Shown: positions 55,091 through 64,000 of the stretch, piece after piece | How positions within the stretch are numbered: position 1 is the stretch's first letter | Layout of the letters: every line of letters starts with the position of its first letter | NCBI GenBank assembly: GCA_965203905.1 | Contig: CBDBDQ010000003.1 | Location: forward strand, 31,707 to 95,706 | Length of the DNA stretch: 64,000 bases | Direction of reading: 5' to 3' | Source of the DNA: Spirochaetia bacterium | Lineage (GTDB): Bacteria > Spirochaetota > Spirochaetia > SZUA-6 > Bin103 | Position numbers and translations under genes: made by a program | The notes under the pieces: model-generated | What the model was told of the DNA's origin: nothing | Database searches by the model: none | What the model saw: only the letters and a program-made list of their open reading frames with translations

Positions 55091-55264
55091 TCAGCCTGCC
55101 TTGCGCTTCAGGTCTTCGACGTCCCGCTCGACGTTGGCCAGCCGTTCGTCTGTTTCAACCCGAGCAGCCGCCAGCCCCCGTACGGCCTGCAGGATCTTCT
55201 TCTGCCCGGCCTCCAGGCCGTCGACCTTGCCCTCCAGCCGGTCCTGGCCGGCCTTCAACTCCAA
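55091..55264 (-). CDS. Small coiled-coil protein (57 aa from TTG)
   Basis: ELKAGQDRLEGKVDGLEAGQKKILQAVRGLAAARVETDERLANVERDVEDLKRKAG. Below the ORF-track size cutoff; found by manual translation. Confidence 0.3.
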   Translation of the reverse strand: MELKAGQDRLEGKVDGLEAGQKKILQAVRGLAAARVETDERLANVERDVEDLKRKAG

Positions 55265-55443
55265 CAGCAGATCGTCTCCGCTCCTGATCAGTCATCGCCG
55301 TATCCTCTCGCCCCAACCCCATCATACCACAAACATGATAATTCCGCAACCCATCAAGATTTAGCGGACGGGACGGAAGCTTAGCTCAGGCTAATTTCAT
55401 CCTACGACAAGATGCGAACTTTGTCAACCGTCGCAACCGTCGC

Positions 55444-56219
55444 CTATGCTTTCGCAGTTTTTCTTTTCGTTTTACGCTTGGTGCCCGGCTTCGGGCCGCG
55501 GCCGGTCTTGCCGCGCACCTGGTTGTAGGTGAGGCGCCGGCCGAGGATGCCGCGGATCGCCGACGTGAACCGCTCGCGATCGGTCATGCGGCTGTGGTTG
55601 AACCGCCAGCTCTGCTCGTCCAGGTAGCGGAACAGGTGGAAGGGTTCGAGCGACACCCACGTGCCGTTGATGCAGCGTTTCAGCAGGCTCCAGAAGTTCT
55701 CCAGGCTGTTGGTGTGCACCCGGCCATCCACGTGCGCGATCAGCGCCTCTGGCATCCCGGCACGGCGCGCGCTCAACGCCTTGCTCGACGCGTAGCTCCT
55801 GCGATAGTACCATGCCGCCTCCACCAACAGCCGCCGCAGGTGGCCGTTCCCGGTCTTGGTGGTCCCGCCCTGCCAACGCCGGGAACCACTGGTACGTTCG
55901 CTCGGCACCACTCCCAAGAACCCCATGAACTCCGGCGCAGTCGCGAAGCGCCGGAAGTCTCCCACCTCGCAGACAAACGCCGGGCCGTCAGATAGTCGAT
56001 CCCTCGGAGGCACCGCGGCCGCGCCACCGGCTGCGCGTAAGACGCCCTGCTGGCGAGCTGTTGAATCCGCTCGGCCATCAGGCTCTGCTTCTCCTCCAGC
56101 TCCAGACTACTCGGGCGGGGCCACCGACTTCGCTGGTTACCCAGCAGCCGAACCCCTCGTGTCAAGGTAGCTTGGCGACCATCAGAGAACTGGCTGACCC
56201 TAGCTATCCCTACTGTCAC
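55444..56219 (-). pseudogene. Chimeric transposase debris: frameshifted IS110-type C-terminal half joined to an IS1595-type C-terminal fragment
   Basis: IS110-like: LRGIDYLTA (frame of 55773..56219), then GDFRRFATAPEFMGFLGVVPSERTSGSRRWQGGTTKTGNGHLRRLLVEAAW. IS1595-like: HTNSLENFWSLLKRCINGTWVSLEPFHLFRYLDEQSWRFNH. Confidence 0.65.
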
Positions 56220-56371
56220 TCCTTCCCGATCCGGGAATTCCGCTTGCAGGTAAGGAGCTTAGGTATCTCAGACCGAGTTTTGACAAGTCAGCGCAAGCAA
56301 GACCGCCGCCAACCCCACTTGACACTCTCTCCCAGAATGCGTAGTTTCCTCGCCACATTAGAACAACGTAA

Positions 56372-57418
56372 ATGGCGCGACAGCACCCGCACACCAGCAA
56401 GAACACCGACACCATACAGCGGCCAGTCCCGGAACCCCATGAACCATCAACAGAGAAGCGCCGAATTCTATCCATCGACGGAGGTGGAATCCTCGGCACG
56501 TTCCCGGCATCTTTTCTGGCGGAACTGGAGAAGAAGCTAGACAATCCAATAGGCTCCTATTTTGATCTGATCGTAGGTACGTCAACTGGTGGCATAATCG
56601 CGATCGCGCTCGGTCTTGGGCACAAAGCGTCAGAGATTCTCGAACTCTACGAACAACACGGACCAAGGATATTCGGAGGATCTCGCCTGACCCGTAGTTT
56701 TCGACATGTATTTCGCTTTAAGTATGGCCCAGAACTTCTCCGCGAAGCCTTGCAAGATATATTTGGAGAAGAACTAATAGGTGGCTCCAAAACTCGCCTA
56801 GTGATTCCAGCATGGAGCCCCGTTGCCCAGTCTGTATACATCTACAAAACCGCCCATCACCGAAAGTTCCACACAGACTATCAATCTCTTGCCGTTGATG
56901 CGGCTATGGCTACATCAGCGGCACCCACGTACTTTCCTCATCACATCACTCGACATGGCGTGCGGCTGATCGACGGAGGCGTATGGGCGAACAACCCTAC
57001 TTCCATAGCTGCCGTGGAGGCTATTGCGGTACTTGGATGGTCTCCGACCTCAATGCATATCCTAAGCATTGGCTGTTTGGATGAAACTTACACGATCCCC
57101 AGGTCTGCAGGGTTCGGTTCATTCGGCCCCGTTGCTATCAAGTTATTCATGGACGGCCAGTCTCACAGTTCCCTCGGAATGGCCAAGTTACTTATGGATG
57201 ACGAGCACTGCGGTAAATCGTTGTATAGGATCGACCATGCAGTACCTCCCAATAAATACAAGATGGACGATGCAAACACTATCACCGATCTAAAGGGTCT
57301 CGGTCATTTCCACGCACGAGACAGGTCGCTCGAGCTCATACCTACGTTTTTTGATACGCCTGCCGGGGCGTTCGAGCCGTTTTACAAGATTACAGAAGGA
57401 GATTATCTTGCCGATTAG
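56372..57418 (+). CDS. capV: Patatin-like phospholipase (CBASS CapV-type effector)
   Basis: ILSIDGGGILG (oxyanion hole), LIVGTSTGGIIA (GxSxG), LIDGGVWANNP (catalytic Asp). It overlaps the CD-NTase gene by 11 nt. Confidence 0.85.
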   Translation: MARQHPHTSKNTDTIQRPVPEPHEPSTEKRRILSIDGGGILGTFPASFLAELEKKLDNPIGSYFDLIVGTSTGGIIAIALGLGHKASEILELYEQHGPRIFGGSRLTRSFRHVFRFKYGPELLREALQDIFGEELIGGSKTRLVIPAWSPVAQSVYIYKTAHHRKFHTDYQSLAVDAAMATSAAPTYFPHHITRHGVRLIDGGVWANNPTSIAAVEAIAVLGWSPTSMHILSIGCLDETYTIPRSAGFGSFGPVAIKLFMDGQSHSSLGMAKLLMDDEHCGKSLYRIDHAVPPNKYKMDDANTITDLKGLGHFHARDRSLELIPTFFDTPAGAFEPFYKITEGDYLAD

Positions 57419-58592
57419 CAAGTCCAAGTACACCGCGTCTTTGAATGGTATATCACAGGATATCGACATAGCTCCAAGCAAGTACCAACAGGCAGTCGAT
57501 AGATACGAGGCGGTTGGCAGGTGGCTGGAAGGCGGAGAGTACGAGTATTGCAACAGTGTGCCATCAATCTATCCGCAGGGTTCCTTCCGTCTGGGTACAG
57601 TCGTGAGACCGATAAGGAACGGGAAGGAGTCGGACTATGATATAGACCTTGTGTGCGAGCTGCCTATTCCGAAGCATTTGAAGGGACCCAAAGCGGTGAA
57701 GTTGATGATTGGGAATCGCCTTCAAGCCAACAGGGTCTATCGCGACCGCCTTGATGCCGAAGGAAAAAGATGCTGGACTCTTGAATACGCCGAACAAGAT
57801 GGAATCGGGTTCCACATGGACATATTACCTTCTATTACTGACAGCGGATATAGCGAAACAGCGATCGCGATTACCGATAGACAGGGATCAGCATATTATT
57901 GGTCGGCAAGTGACCCTCGCGGTTACGCAGCGTGGTTCGAGAGTCTCAATAAGCAGGCTTTTGAGCAGGTTGCTGTACTTCAGAAAGCGTCTATCCGTGA
58001 CAGAGAACCTGCGGTGTTTGCATCGATTGAGGATGTTCCAGATCAGCTTGTACGCACCCCACTACAACGAAGTATTCAGATAATGAAGCGCCACCGAGAC
58101 GTCATGTTCGAAAATAGCTCCTATGAGCCAATTTCTATGATCATCACTACGCTCGCCGGCCATCTCTACAACGGCGAACCGGATGTGTACTCAGCACTCT
58201 CCGGCATCGTCAGCCAGTTCGACGAACATTCCGTCCTGATGAAGAGCCAATCGTTGCCAAATCATCGTCTTGCAGCACGTGGGCTTATACGCCGAATGCC
58301 CGACGGGACGTGGTACATCGCAAACCCAGTAAACCCCGAGGAGAATTTCGCCGATCGATGGCACGAAGATGGCCACGCGCGAGCCGACGCTTTTTTTCGA
58401 TGGACCGCTCAGATAAAGGACGATCTGGTAAAGATACTGGAGGACGGACGACGTAACCCTGAGCGCACTCTCTCCAAGTCCCTAGGCATACCAGCCAATT
58501 CGTCTCGTCTTGACTTCTTGGTAGCGTCGGAGGCGCGCCTCGGTCCCAATATTCATATAGCACCAAGAGCACCCAAACCGTGGAGCTGTTGA
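57408..58592 (+). CDS. cGAS/DncV-like nucleotidyltransferase (CD-NTase)
   Basis: TTG 57408 after GAAGGAG. YPQGSFRLGTVVRP (GS), SDYDIDLVCEL (DxD), GFHMDILP (third Asp), PLQRSIQIMKRHRD, PISMIITTLAG. Confidence 0.85.
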   Translation: MPISKSKYTASLNGISQDIDIAPSKYQQAVDRYEAVGRWLEGGEYEYCNSVPSIYPQGSFRLGTVVRPIRNGKESDYDIDLVCELPIPKHLKGPKAVKLMIGNRLQANRVYRDRLDAEGKRCWTLEYAEQDGIGFHMDILPSITDSGYSETAIAITDRQGSAYYWSASDPRGYAAWFESLNKQAFEQVAVLQKASIRDREPAVFASIEDVPDQLVRTPLQRSIQIMKRHRDVMFENSSYEPISMIITTLAGHLYNGEPDVYSALSGIVSQFDEHSVLMKSQSLPNHRLAARGLIRRMPDGTWYIANPVNPEENFADRWHEDGHARADAFFRWTAQIKDDLVKILEDGRRNPERTLSKSLGIPANSSRLDFLVASEARLGPNIHIAPRAPKPWSC

Positions 58593-59260
58593 GCCACGAA
58601 CAACTGTTGTCCGAAATCAAAGAACTACAGAGATTTCACATAGGACTATCATGCGTCGAAAAGAAAGATAGTGACACCTATATCTCTGGACCATTACCGT
58701 TCTATGCTCACTACGGCGATCGAGAATCCATTGCATCGTGCTTCGATGTCTCACTGTGCATAGATAAGTCGTATCCAGAAGTCCTGCCCGTAACCCGCGA
58801 AATCGGAGGAGCTATCAATGAATCATACCGACACGTGAATGATCACGGCACGCTTTGCCTGAGCGTTCCAGTCGAGGAGCGTCTTATATTTGGCGAGGAG
58901 CCGTCGCTTCTAGGCTATGTTAACCGTCTCTTGATCCCATATCTCTACGGTTACCGATATTGGGAGAAGCATGGAACGCACCCATTCGGAGAACGGGCAC
59001 ACGGCGAGGACGGAGTAGTCCAATTCTACGTAGAGGAGTTCGGTCTTAAAGACGAATCGAAGGTAGTGGACTTCCTAATGTTCCTTTGTACACACGGATA
59101 TGAAGGGCGTCTTCCGTGTCCATGTGGTAGCGGAGACAGGCTCAAGAAGTGCCGCCATGGAAAGGTGCTACGTAGATTGGATCAACATCACATACGGAAG
59201 GCTGTACGGACGGATCTCGGAAGAATCATAGCACGTCGTAGCATCACGGACAGCGGATAA
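58580..59260 (+). CDS. E2-like ubiquitin-conjugating fold protein (E2-only CBASS accessory) with a C-terminal SEC-C-type zinc motif
   Basis: ESYRHVNDHGTLCLSVP (HxN...C of the UBC core) and CPCGSGDRLKKCRHG (SEC-C motif). Overlaps the CD-NTase stop (alternative TTG 58589 gives a TTGA overlap). Confidence 0.7.
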   Translation: MELLSHEQLLSEIKELQRFHIGLSCVEKKDSDTYISGPLPFYAHYGDRESIASCFDVSLCIDKSYPEVLPVTREIGGAINESYRHVNDHGTLCLSVPVEERLIFGEEPSLLGYVNRLLIPYLYGYRYWEKHGTHPFGERAHGEDGVVQFYVEEFGLKDESKVVDFLMFLCTHGYEGRLPCPCGSGDRLKKCRHGKVLRRLDQHHIRKAVRTDLGRIIARRSITDSG

Positions 59261-60117
59261 CAGGCAATAGGAACTTATCCCATGGCACTCTTGAATGCCC
59301 CTGCGGCCGGTGTAGACAGTGAACGGCCAGCAGACCACGTGCTTCCCGATCTTCGAGCAGTGTCTTGATCTGATCGACCGGCTCTGGTGGCCCTTTCCGT
59401 ATACTGGCCACTGCCACTACGGCGACGCCAGGCTCGCCACCCCGCCTTGCGGCACCCCTTTCTTCCCGTTCGCCTTCAGATCGTTGGCGTCCCCGTAGCG
59501 GATCACGACGCCGTTATCAGTGCTTGATTCTGTCCACGCCGATCCCGCGTGCGATGCCTCTCCCTCCTGTACGGATCGGGAGAGCGTACGCTCGAGGATT
59601 GGACCTGAGGTGGCTATCTATTCCGGACGGCAGGTTCTGCAGCCGGAAGCCTAGCCCGGCCGCCTCGCCCGGTTGTTTTGCTTCCTGAAACCGTACGCAC
59701 GCTGAGCGCACGACCGGACGATCATCATACGTATGAATGCGCGAGAGGGCCGCGACACATTAGCTTGAAGTTCCAGCGGACCGTCGCCGCGCAGCTCGTC
59801 GTCGTCGTTGACCGCTCCGGATGACATCGCCTGTCGTCGCTGCGTCGGACGGTGTCATCTCCGGCGCCGGCGATCACGCAATTGTACCCGTGTTACGGCC
59901 GCGCGCGATTCTGTTGCACTTGATCCATCTCACCGCAAGGGCTGATCGACCACAATACATCAGAACTGCTCTTCGACCGAGTGTGACCGCCGAGCGGGCG
60001 AGCGCTTCTCGACCTTCCCCGCCACAGAGGCGCCTTGCGTCGCTGCCTCGTGTTATTCGGTCGCTGGGAAGCCCCACGGCACCACGCTTTGCATGGCATG
60101 CGGAATCCGCTTTTTCA

Positions 60118-61479
60118 TCAATCCCTGCAGTGAAGGCCAGTGGCGGGTTGTCGGTCCGCCACGCGTGAGTTGATACGAGAATGTCGGGAATCCGACAAAG
60201 CGCCATCCGAGATCATCTTCAGCAGATCAATTGAGAGGCGGTCCACCAACCGCCTCTCGCCCTCCGGATCCGCCATCTCGGTCAGGTCAACGAAGAGCGC
60301 CCACAGCCTCTTCGGGTTCCCAGGACCCTCCAATCGCCACTCTGCGGGATCCTTCGGCGTCGCCGCTGGACTCGGATAGATGAGAGCGCCTATGGGGCAA
60401 TCTTCGACCCATGCACCGGTGACTACTTGACGAACATCATCTGCGACGGGTACTCTGCGCCAAGTCTTGTACTTCGCGTCCAATATTGCAATCGTGCTAT
60501 CGACATGGGCCAATCTAATGTCCGGGTCATTGTACAATGCGAGTTCCCTTCCAACAGGTCGACCGATGGTCACCGCTCCCCGCTTGATGTAGCTTCCGGG
60601 AAGTACGGAGCGTACAGCTGACTGCACCAACAACCGCACCATAGACTCAAAGACCACCGCGCTGTTCCACAGGAATCCAGGCATTTCCTGCGTCCCCATC
60701 CCATGTCGCAGCCCGCGACCGGCAAGCAATAGTTGGCCGACGGTAACCGCAGGCTGCAGCAAGGCATGATGTGGAGAAAGTGTGATTCGTTCCGCCTCCG
60801 TCCACCCCGGTGGAACCGAGGAAACTCCACGAAACGCCATAGCTTCCTCCATCAGGTCGTGACCTAGCGGCGTAGACCGCACGTTCGTTGCCAATTGCTG
60901 CGCCGACCAACGCAACAGTCTATTCACGACCACATCCTCCGAGTAGGCATCATATTCACACGGAACCGAGCCTGGATGCAGCAACACGTCCAAGATTCGA
61001 CTCACGTCAAGATGTCCACGCACAGTGCGTAAAGTGCGTCGCTCAGACACGTACCCCATAGGCCGGCCACTGGGGCGGCTGGCCCGTAGCGAATTTAGCA
61101 ACACATAGCCCAGGAGATCAGGAAACCGACTCTCCAATAGAACATCTCCTGTCACTTCCGAGCCGAGCACCGGGAACCTGTACACGCGAGTCAGAATGGC
61201 CCACAGCGCAGCCTGCCATGACGCGCCGCCAGCATCGCTACCTGCCAAGAACTTCGGTACTACCTCAATGAGGGCGTCGCCCAGCCTAACAAAGCCCGTT
61301 ACATTCCTCGCGGTTAACGCGCCATCCGTGTAAGCAAAAGGAACATGTGAAAGGCCAAGGACAGCCCGCCACACCTCACTCTGCTGTACCAGCAAAGCAC
61401 GCTCATGCTCGTTGAGACGGAATGGAACCCCGGCGTCATTCTCGACGACCGCAACAATATGCTGTTCCGAACGGGTCAC
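60118..61479 (-). CDS. McrC-like PD-(D/E)xK nuclease subunit
   Basis: The GTG at 61477-61479 overlaps the McrB-like stop (GTGA). N-terminal McrC-like region (...LTARNVTGFVRLGDALIEVVPKF). C-terminal DPDIRLAHVDSTIAILDAKYK nuclease motif. Confidence 0.8.
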   Translation of the reverse strand: MTRSEQHIVAVVENDAGVPFRLNEHERALLVQQSEVWRAVLGLSHVPFAYTDGALTARNVTGFVRLGDALIEVVPKFLAGSDAGGASWQAALWAILTRVYRFPVLGSEVTGDVLLESRFPDLLGYVLLNSLRASRPSGRPMGYVSERRTLRTVRGHLDVSRILDVLLHPGSVPCEYDAYSEDVVVNRLLRWSAQQLATNVRSTPLGHDLMEEAMAFRGVSSVPPGWTEAERITLSPHHALLQPAVTVGQLLLAGRGLRHGMGTQEMPGFLWNSAVVFESMVRLLVQSAVRSVLPGSYIKRGAVTIGRPVGRELALYNDPDIRLAHVDSTIAILDAKYKTWRRVPVADDVRQVVTGAWVEDCPIGALIYPSPAATPKDPAEWRLEGPGNPKRLWALFVDLTEMADPEGERRLVDRLSIDLLKMISDGALSDSRHSRINSRVADRQPATGLHCRD

Positions 61480-63230
61480 AAGTGGGATGCCATGTAGCGA
61501 AATGTCACCCGAACGCGCCCAATGTCCTCCTCGGCTAACGTTCCGAGTGATACTGTTTCGATCACAGAACGGTCTCCGCCTACCTGACCAAACAAACCCT
61601 CTCTGCGCTGAAACGCGTACCCCTCCGGAACGGCGCCTCCGATACCGAGTATACGAATCAGTTCGTCTTGACGAGTAAGGAACCGCTCCTGGAGCTGTGG
61701 CATGATGCCTTGGTCCCATATCACTGCTAACCGCCTAAAGCCTTCGTCTTCTCCTTGGTCCTGACGAACAGACATGAAGTAGGTGTGCCCGATTTCAAAA
61801 TCGGACCCGAGCGTAGTAGCCAGTTGATAATTCAGACGATCCAAGATCAGTACCGCACACTCGGCCGCGGTCAGCTCTTCCTCATTACTAACCCTAGCGT
61901 TGGTCCTGTTTAAGTCAACCCCCAACCAGCCCCGCAAATGGTCAAGATCCGGAGACATATCGATCCGCTCAAAACGACGAGATAAGGCGCTATCTAAAGG
62001 CGCCACCGTCCGATCAACCGAGTTCATACTTGCCAACGTATACACGTGTCGTGGGAAGTACCATGGGTTGGGCAACTCGACCTCACCGCCACCAGCCATC
62101 TCGATGCACTCACGCGTACCTTCAGCGGTGTTCACAGAAACCAACGGTACCGGCAATCTACGAGGATTCTGCTTGCTCTGATCGTCAACGTCGCGGTAGG
62201 TATGTTCCATGAACGTAATGAACTCGCCGAACACTCTTGAGACGTTACCGCGGTTGATCTCATCGATTAGGAGTAACGCCGACCGTTCCCTATAGTCCCC
62301 CGACCACACCCGTACCGCCATGTCCAATAAGCGGCCGGCTCGCGGGCGCAAAGTAAATCCGCGATTGACCGGGTCCACGACTGGTCGCAAACCGAGCACA
62401 AAGTCCTCGTAGCCGTAGCTCTGATGTAAGGTGACCCAATCTCGAGCAATCGGTGACGGAAAGGGAACTGCGTGAAACGGCCGGTCCTTATCTTCAGGAT
62501 CGAACAACACCGCTGGTGAGCTGTGTTCGGACTCGATAAGCTCCCATACGCAGCTCATCGCGTAGGTCTTACCCGTACCAGCGGGACCGTATAGAAGAAC
62601 GTTCGGTTTCCGTCGCCAAGCGTCGAATACGTCCTTTACGATCGGCGGGTACCCTGAGTAGGAGCGTGGACGGATGAGACCACCTGCAGAGTCGCGGCCA
62701 AAGAGCGGTCCCAATCCAGCGCGCGTAGGCCAAGTTATTGGCATCGTGAAGCCCTTGGTAAACCCGGCATAGTAGTCGCCGGACTGACTCTTTACGATAT
62801 ATATACGGATCCCTTCTGAAACTAGGTGCTCGACGGCTTGTCGATCTTGTACACGATCCGGTGCAGCTGGGAAACCGTTTTCGCTTGTCCATGCGGGATG
62901 CCGAGAGCCGCGTGGGGCCTGCCGGTTCTGGTTCGTAATGCGGTATCTGCGGTCGTTCGCACGATTGAGCTCAAATGACAAGGGTCCAGATCGGGCCGTG
63001 TTGCCAATCACCTTCGCTTGAATACTCACAGACGGCCAACCTTGGCTGCCAACATCTGGGGCGCGGAGCCCGAGCATTGTGAAGAGACCCTCCCGAACAC
63101 TATCGGGTACATCGATGTACAACTGACCGCCCCCTCCGCGAGGGCCAACATCCATGGATCGCTCAATGTTGAAAAAGTCACCGACAGTGATCTTCCGATG
63201 CCAAATGCACTCGATCCCTATAAGACTCAA
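61476..63230 (-). CDS. McrB-family AAA+ GTPase with an unrecognised ~190-aa N-terminal domain
   Basis: VLLYGPAGTGKTY (Walker A), LLLIDEINRGNVSRVFGE (Walker B / McrB signature), LASMNSVDRTVAPLDSALSRRF (NTAD-like GTP specificity). N-terminus MSLIGIECIWHRKITVGDFF...RYRITNQNRQ...IYIVKSQSGDYYAGF matches no DNA-binding module I recognise. Confidence 0.85.
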   Translation of the reverse strand: MSLIGIECIWHRKITVGDFFNIERSMDVGPRGGGGQLYIDVPDSVREGLFTMLGLRAPDVGSQGWPSVSIQAKVIGNTARSGPLSFELNRANDRRYRITNQNRQAPRGSRHPAWTSENGFPAAPDRVQDRQAVEHLVSEGIRIYIVKSQSGDYYAGFTKGFTMPITWPTRAGLGPLFGRDSAGGLIRPRSYSGYPPIVKDVFDAWRRKPNVLLYGPAGTGKTYAMSCVWELIESEHSSPAVLFDPEDKDRPFHAVPFPSPIARDWVTLHQSYGYEDFVLGLRPVVDPVNRGFTLRPRAGRLLDMAVRVWSGDYRERSALLLIDEINRGNVSRVFGEFITFMEHTYRDVDDQSKQNPRRLPVPLVSVNTAEGTRECIEMAGGGEVELPNPWYFPRHVYTLASMNSVDRTVAPLDSALSRRFERIDMSPDLDHLRGWLGVDLNRTNARVSNEEELTAAECAVLILDRLNYQLATTLGSDFEIGHTYFMSVRQDQGEDEGFRRLAVIWDQGIMPQLQERFLTRQDELIRILGIGGAVPEGYAFQRREGLFGQVGGDRSVIETVSLGTLAEEDIGRVRVTFRYMASHL

Positions 63231-63278
63231 TTTGTCACCGCCTCAGAGGGCACCCAAGCGTCTCACCGATCGTTGCAC

Positions 63279-63977
63279 CTAACCAGACCCCGGAAACAAC
63301 TCGACTTGGTCGACCAAATTACGCGCTTTGGTTCTCGACGGACTCCACGTTCCGACCTCACGGCCCCATACCTCATATCCCGGTCGCCTAACGCGAGCGA
63401 ACAGCTCCAAACGCGGTCCAGGTGAGATCGCTTCAACGAGCTCGTACAGCTCATCGGGCTTCTCAGAGTGGTCGCGCCGCTCGGCAAAGACTACACCCAT
63501 GACATCGTGATTCAGAGCGGCCAACTTTCCTCTTACGGCGAACACAACAAACTCCGAAACCCAACGGACATACAATCCCATACCCATACGCACCGCCGCC
63601 CGCAAATCTTGCTGTTCCAAAACATGCCTTACGGCATCCTTCTTTACCTTTATCCACGGGATAATACCCTTTGGTGCGAATCCCCACGCTTTCGCAACTT
63701 CGTGCGCCTCGACCATAAAAGCACCTGTTGTCCATAGCCACAGGTGGGCTTGGTCGGCGATGACATCCTTCACAGGCAGGCGAACGATTTCGTCGAGCCT
63801 CATGGTACGGTAGTGGTTCGCGGCTCCCCTGTTGCCACCACGCGAGTGATGCACCGGGCTATAACCACTGGTTCCACCGGCGGAGTACTTCCTGCTGTAA
63901 TCCCACGGTGGATCGGCGACCACTGTGGCGAACGGACCAGTAGGAAGTCTCGGCGTCTGACTATCTTTAGAAATCAT
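63279..63977 (-). CDS. MT-A70 family (N6-adenine type) DNA methyltransferase
   Basis: ATVVADPPWDY (DPPW), HLWLWTT, IPWIK. 48 nt upstream of, and co-directional with, the McrB-like gene. Confidence 0.85.
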   Translation of the reverse strand: MISKDSQTPRLPTGPFATVVADPPWDYSRKYSAGGTSGYSPVHHSRGGNRGAANHYRTMRLDEIVRLPVKDVIADQAHLWLWTTGAFMVEAHEVAKAWGFAPKGIIPWIKVKKDAVRHVLEQQDLRAAVRMGMGLYVRWVSEFVVFAVRGKLAALNHDVMGVVFAERRDHSEKPDELYELVEAISPGPRLELFARVRRPGYEVWGREVGTWSPSRTKARNLVDQVELFPGSG

Positions 63978-64000
63978 CGTAGATCAACTATGTGGAATAT

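Noticed and set aside
1-64000. Reverse transcriptase-based systems (retron, DGR, group II intron) or Cas-like effectors
   Set aside because: I saw no RT motifs (YxDD), no intron domain V-like sequence and no template/variable repeat pairs in any frame of the ORF track. The dispersed repeats present do not show adenine-specific mismatches.

Overview
This 64-kb window is high-G+C bacterial DNA and is almost entirely accessory and mosaic. Blocks of visibly lower G+C interrupt it at about 6.2-7.4, 33.6-37.5, 39.1-39.8, 41.0-41.5, 43.2-45.8 and 56.2-64 kb.

The left end (0.2-17.5 kb) has chromosomal-looking genes:
- an all-in-one sensor kinase/response regulator
- a GPP34-P450 fusion
- a frameshifted acyltransferase
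- a trypsin-like protease and a secreted DUF1524-type nuclease
- an operon encoding a 925-aa collagen-like/Calx-beta/HExxH lipoprotein together with pentapeptide-repeat proteins

At 18.3-25.8 kb there is a compact integrative element. It carries a tyrosine integrase, a frameshifted VirE-family replication protein, an adjacent iteron cluster, terminase-small-subunit-like HTH proteins and a thermonuclease. A tRNA-like fragment abuts it.

At 26-32.3 kb a single minus-strand operon resembles a conjugative or phage 'leading region' (ssb, radC and paralogous small Cys proteins). A 1-kb ORF-poor, repeat-rich segment follows it.

From 33.6 to 56.2 kb the window is a patchwork:
- single-gene low-GC cassettes (DUF2806-like, HEPN-like, RHH, an orphan solute-binding protein)
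- a decayed restriction-modification (R-M) pair
- two tandem integrase paralogs lacking the catalytic Tyr region
- a membrane-anchored DEDDh exonuclease
- an intact IS110 transposase and several transposase fragments
- a recurring composite junction repeat

The right end carries two defence loci. One is a CBASS-like operon (patatin, CD-NTase, E2-only protein). The other is an MT-A70 methyltransferase / McrB-like / McrC-like operon.

I found no rRNA gene, no canonical tRNA and no CRISPR array. Many genes are frameshifted or truncated. All family assignments come from motifs read by eye in the translations; no searches were run.
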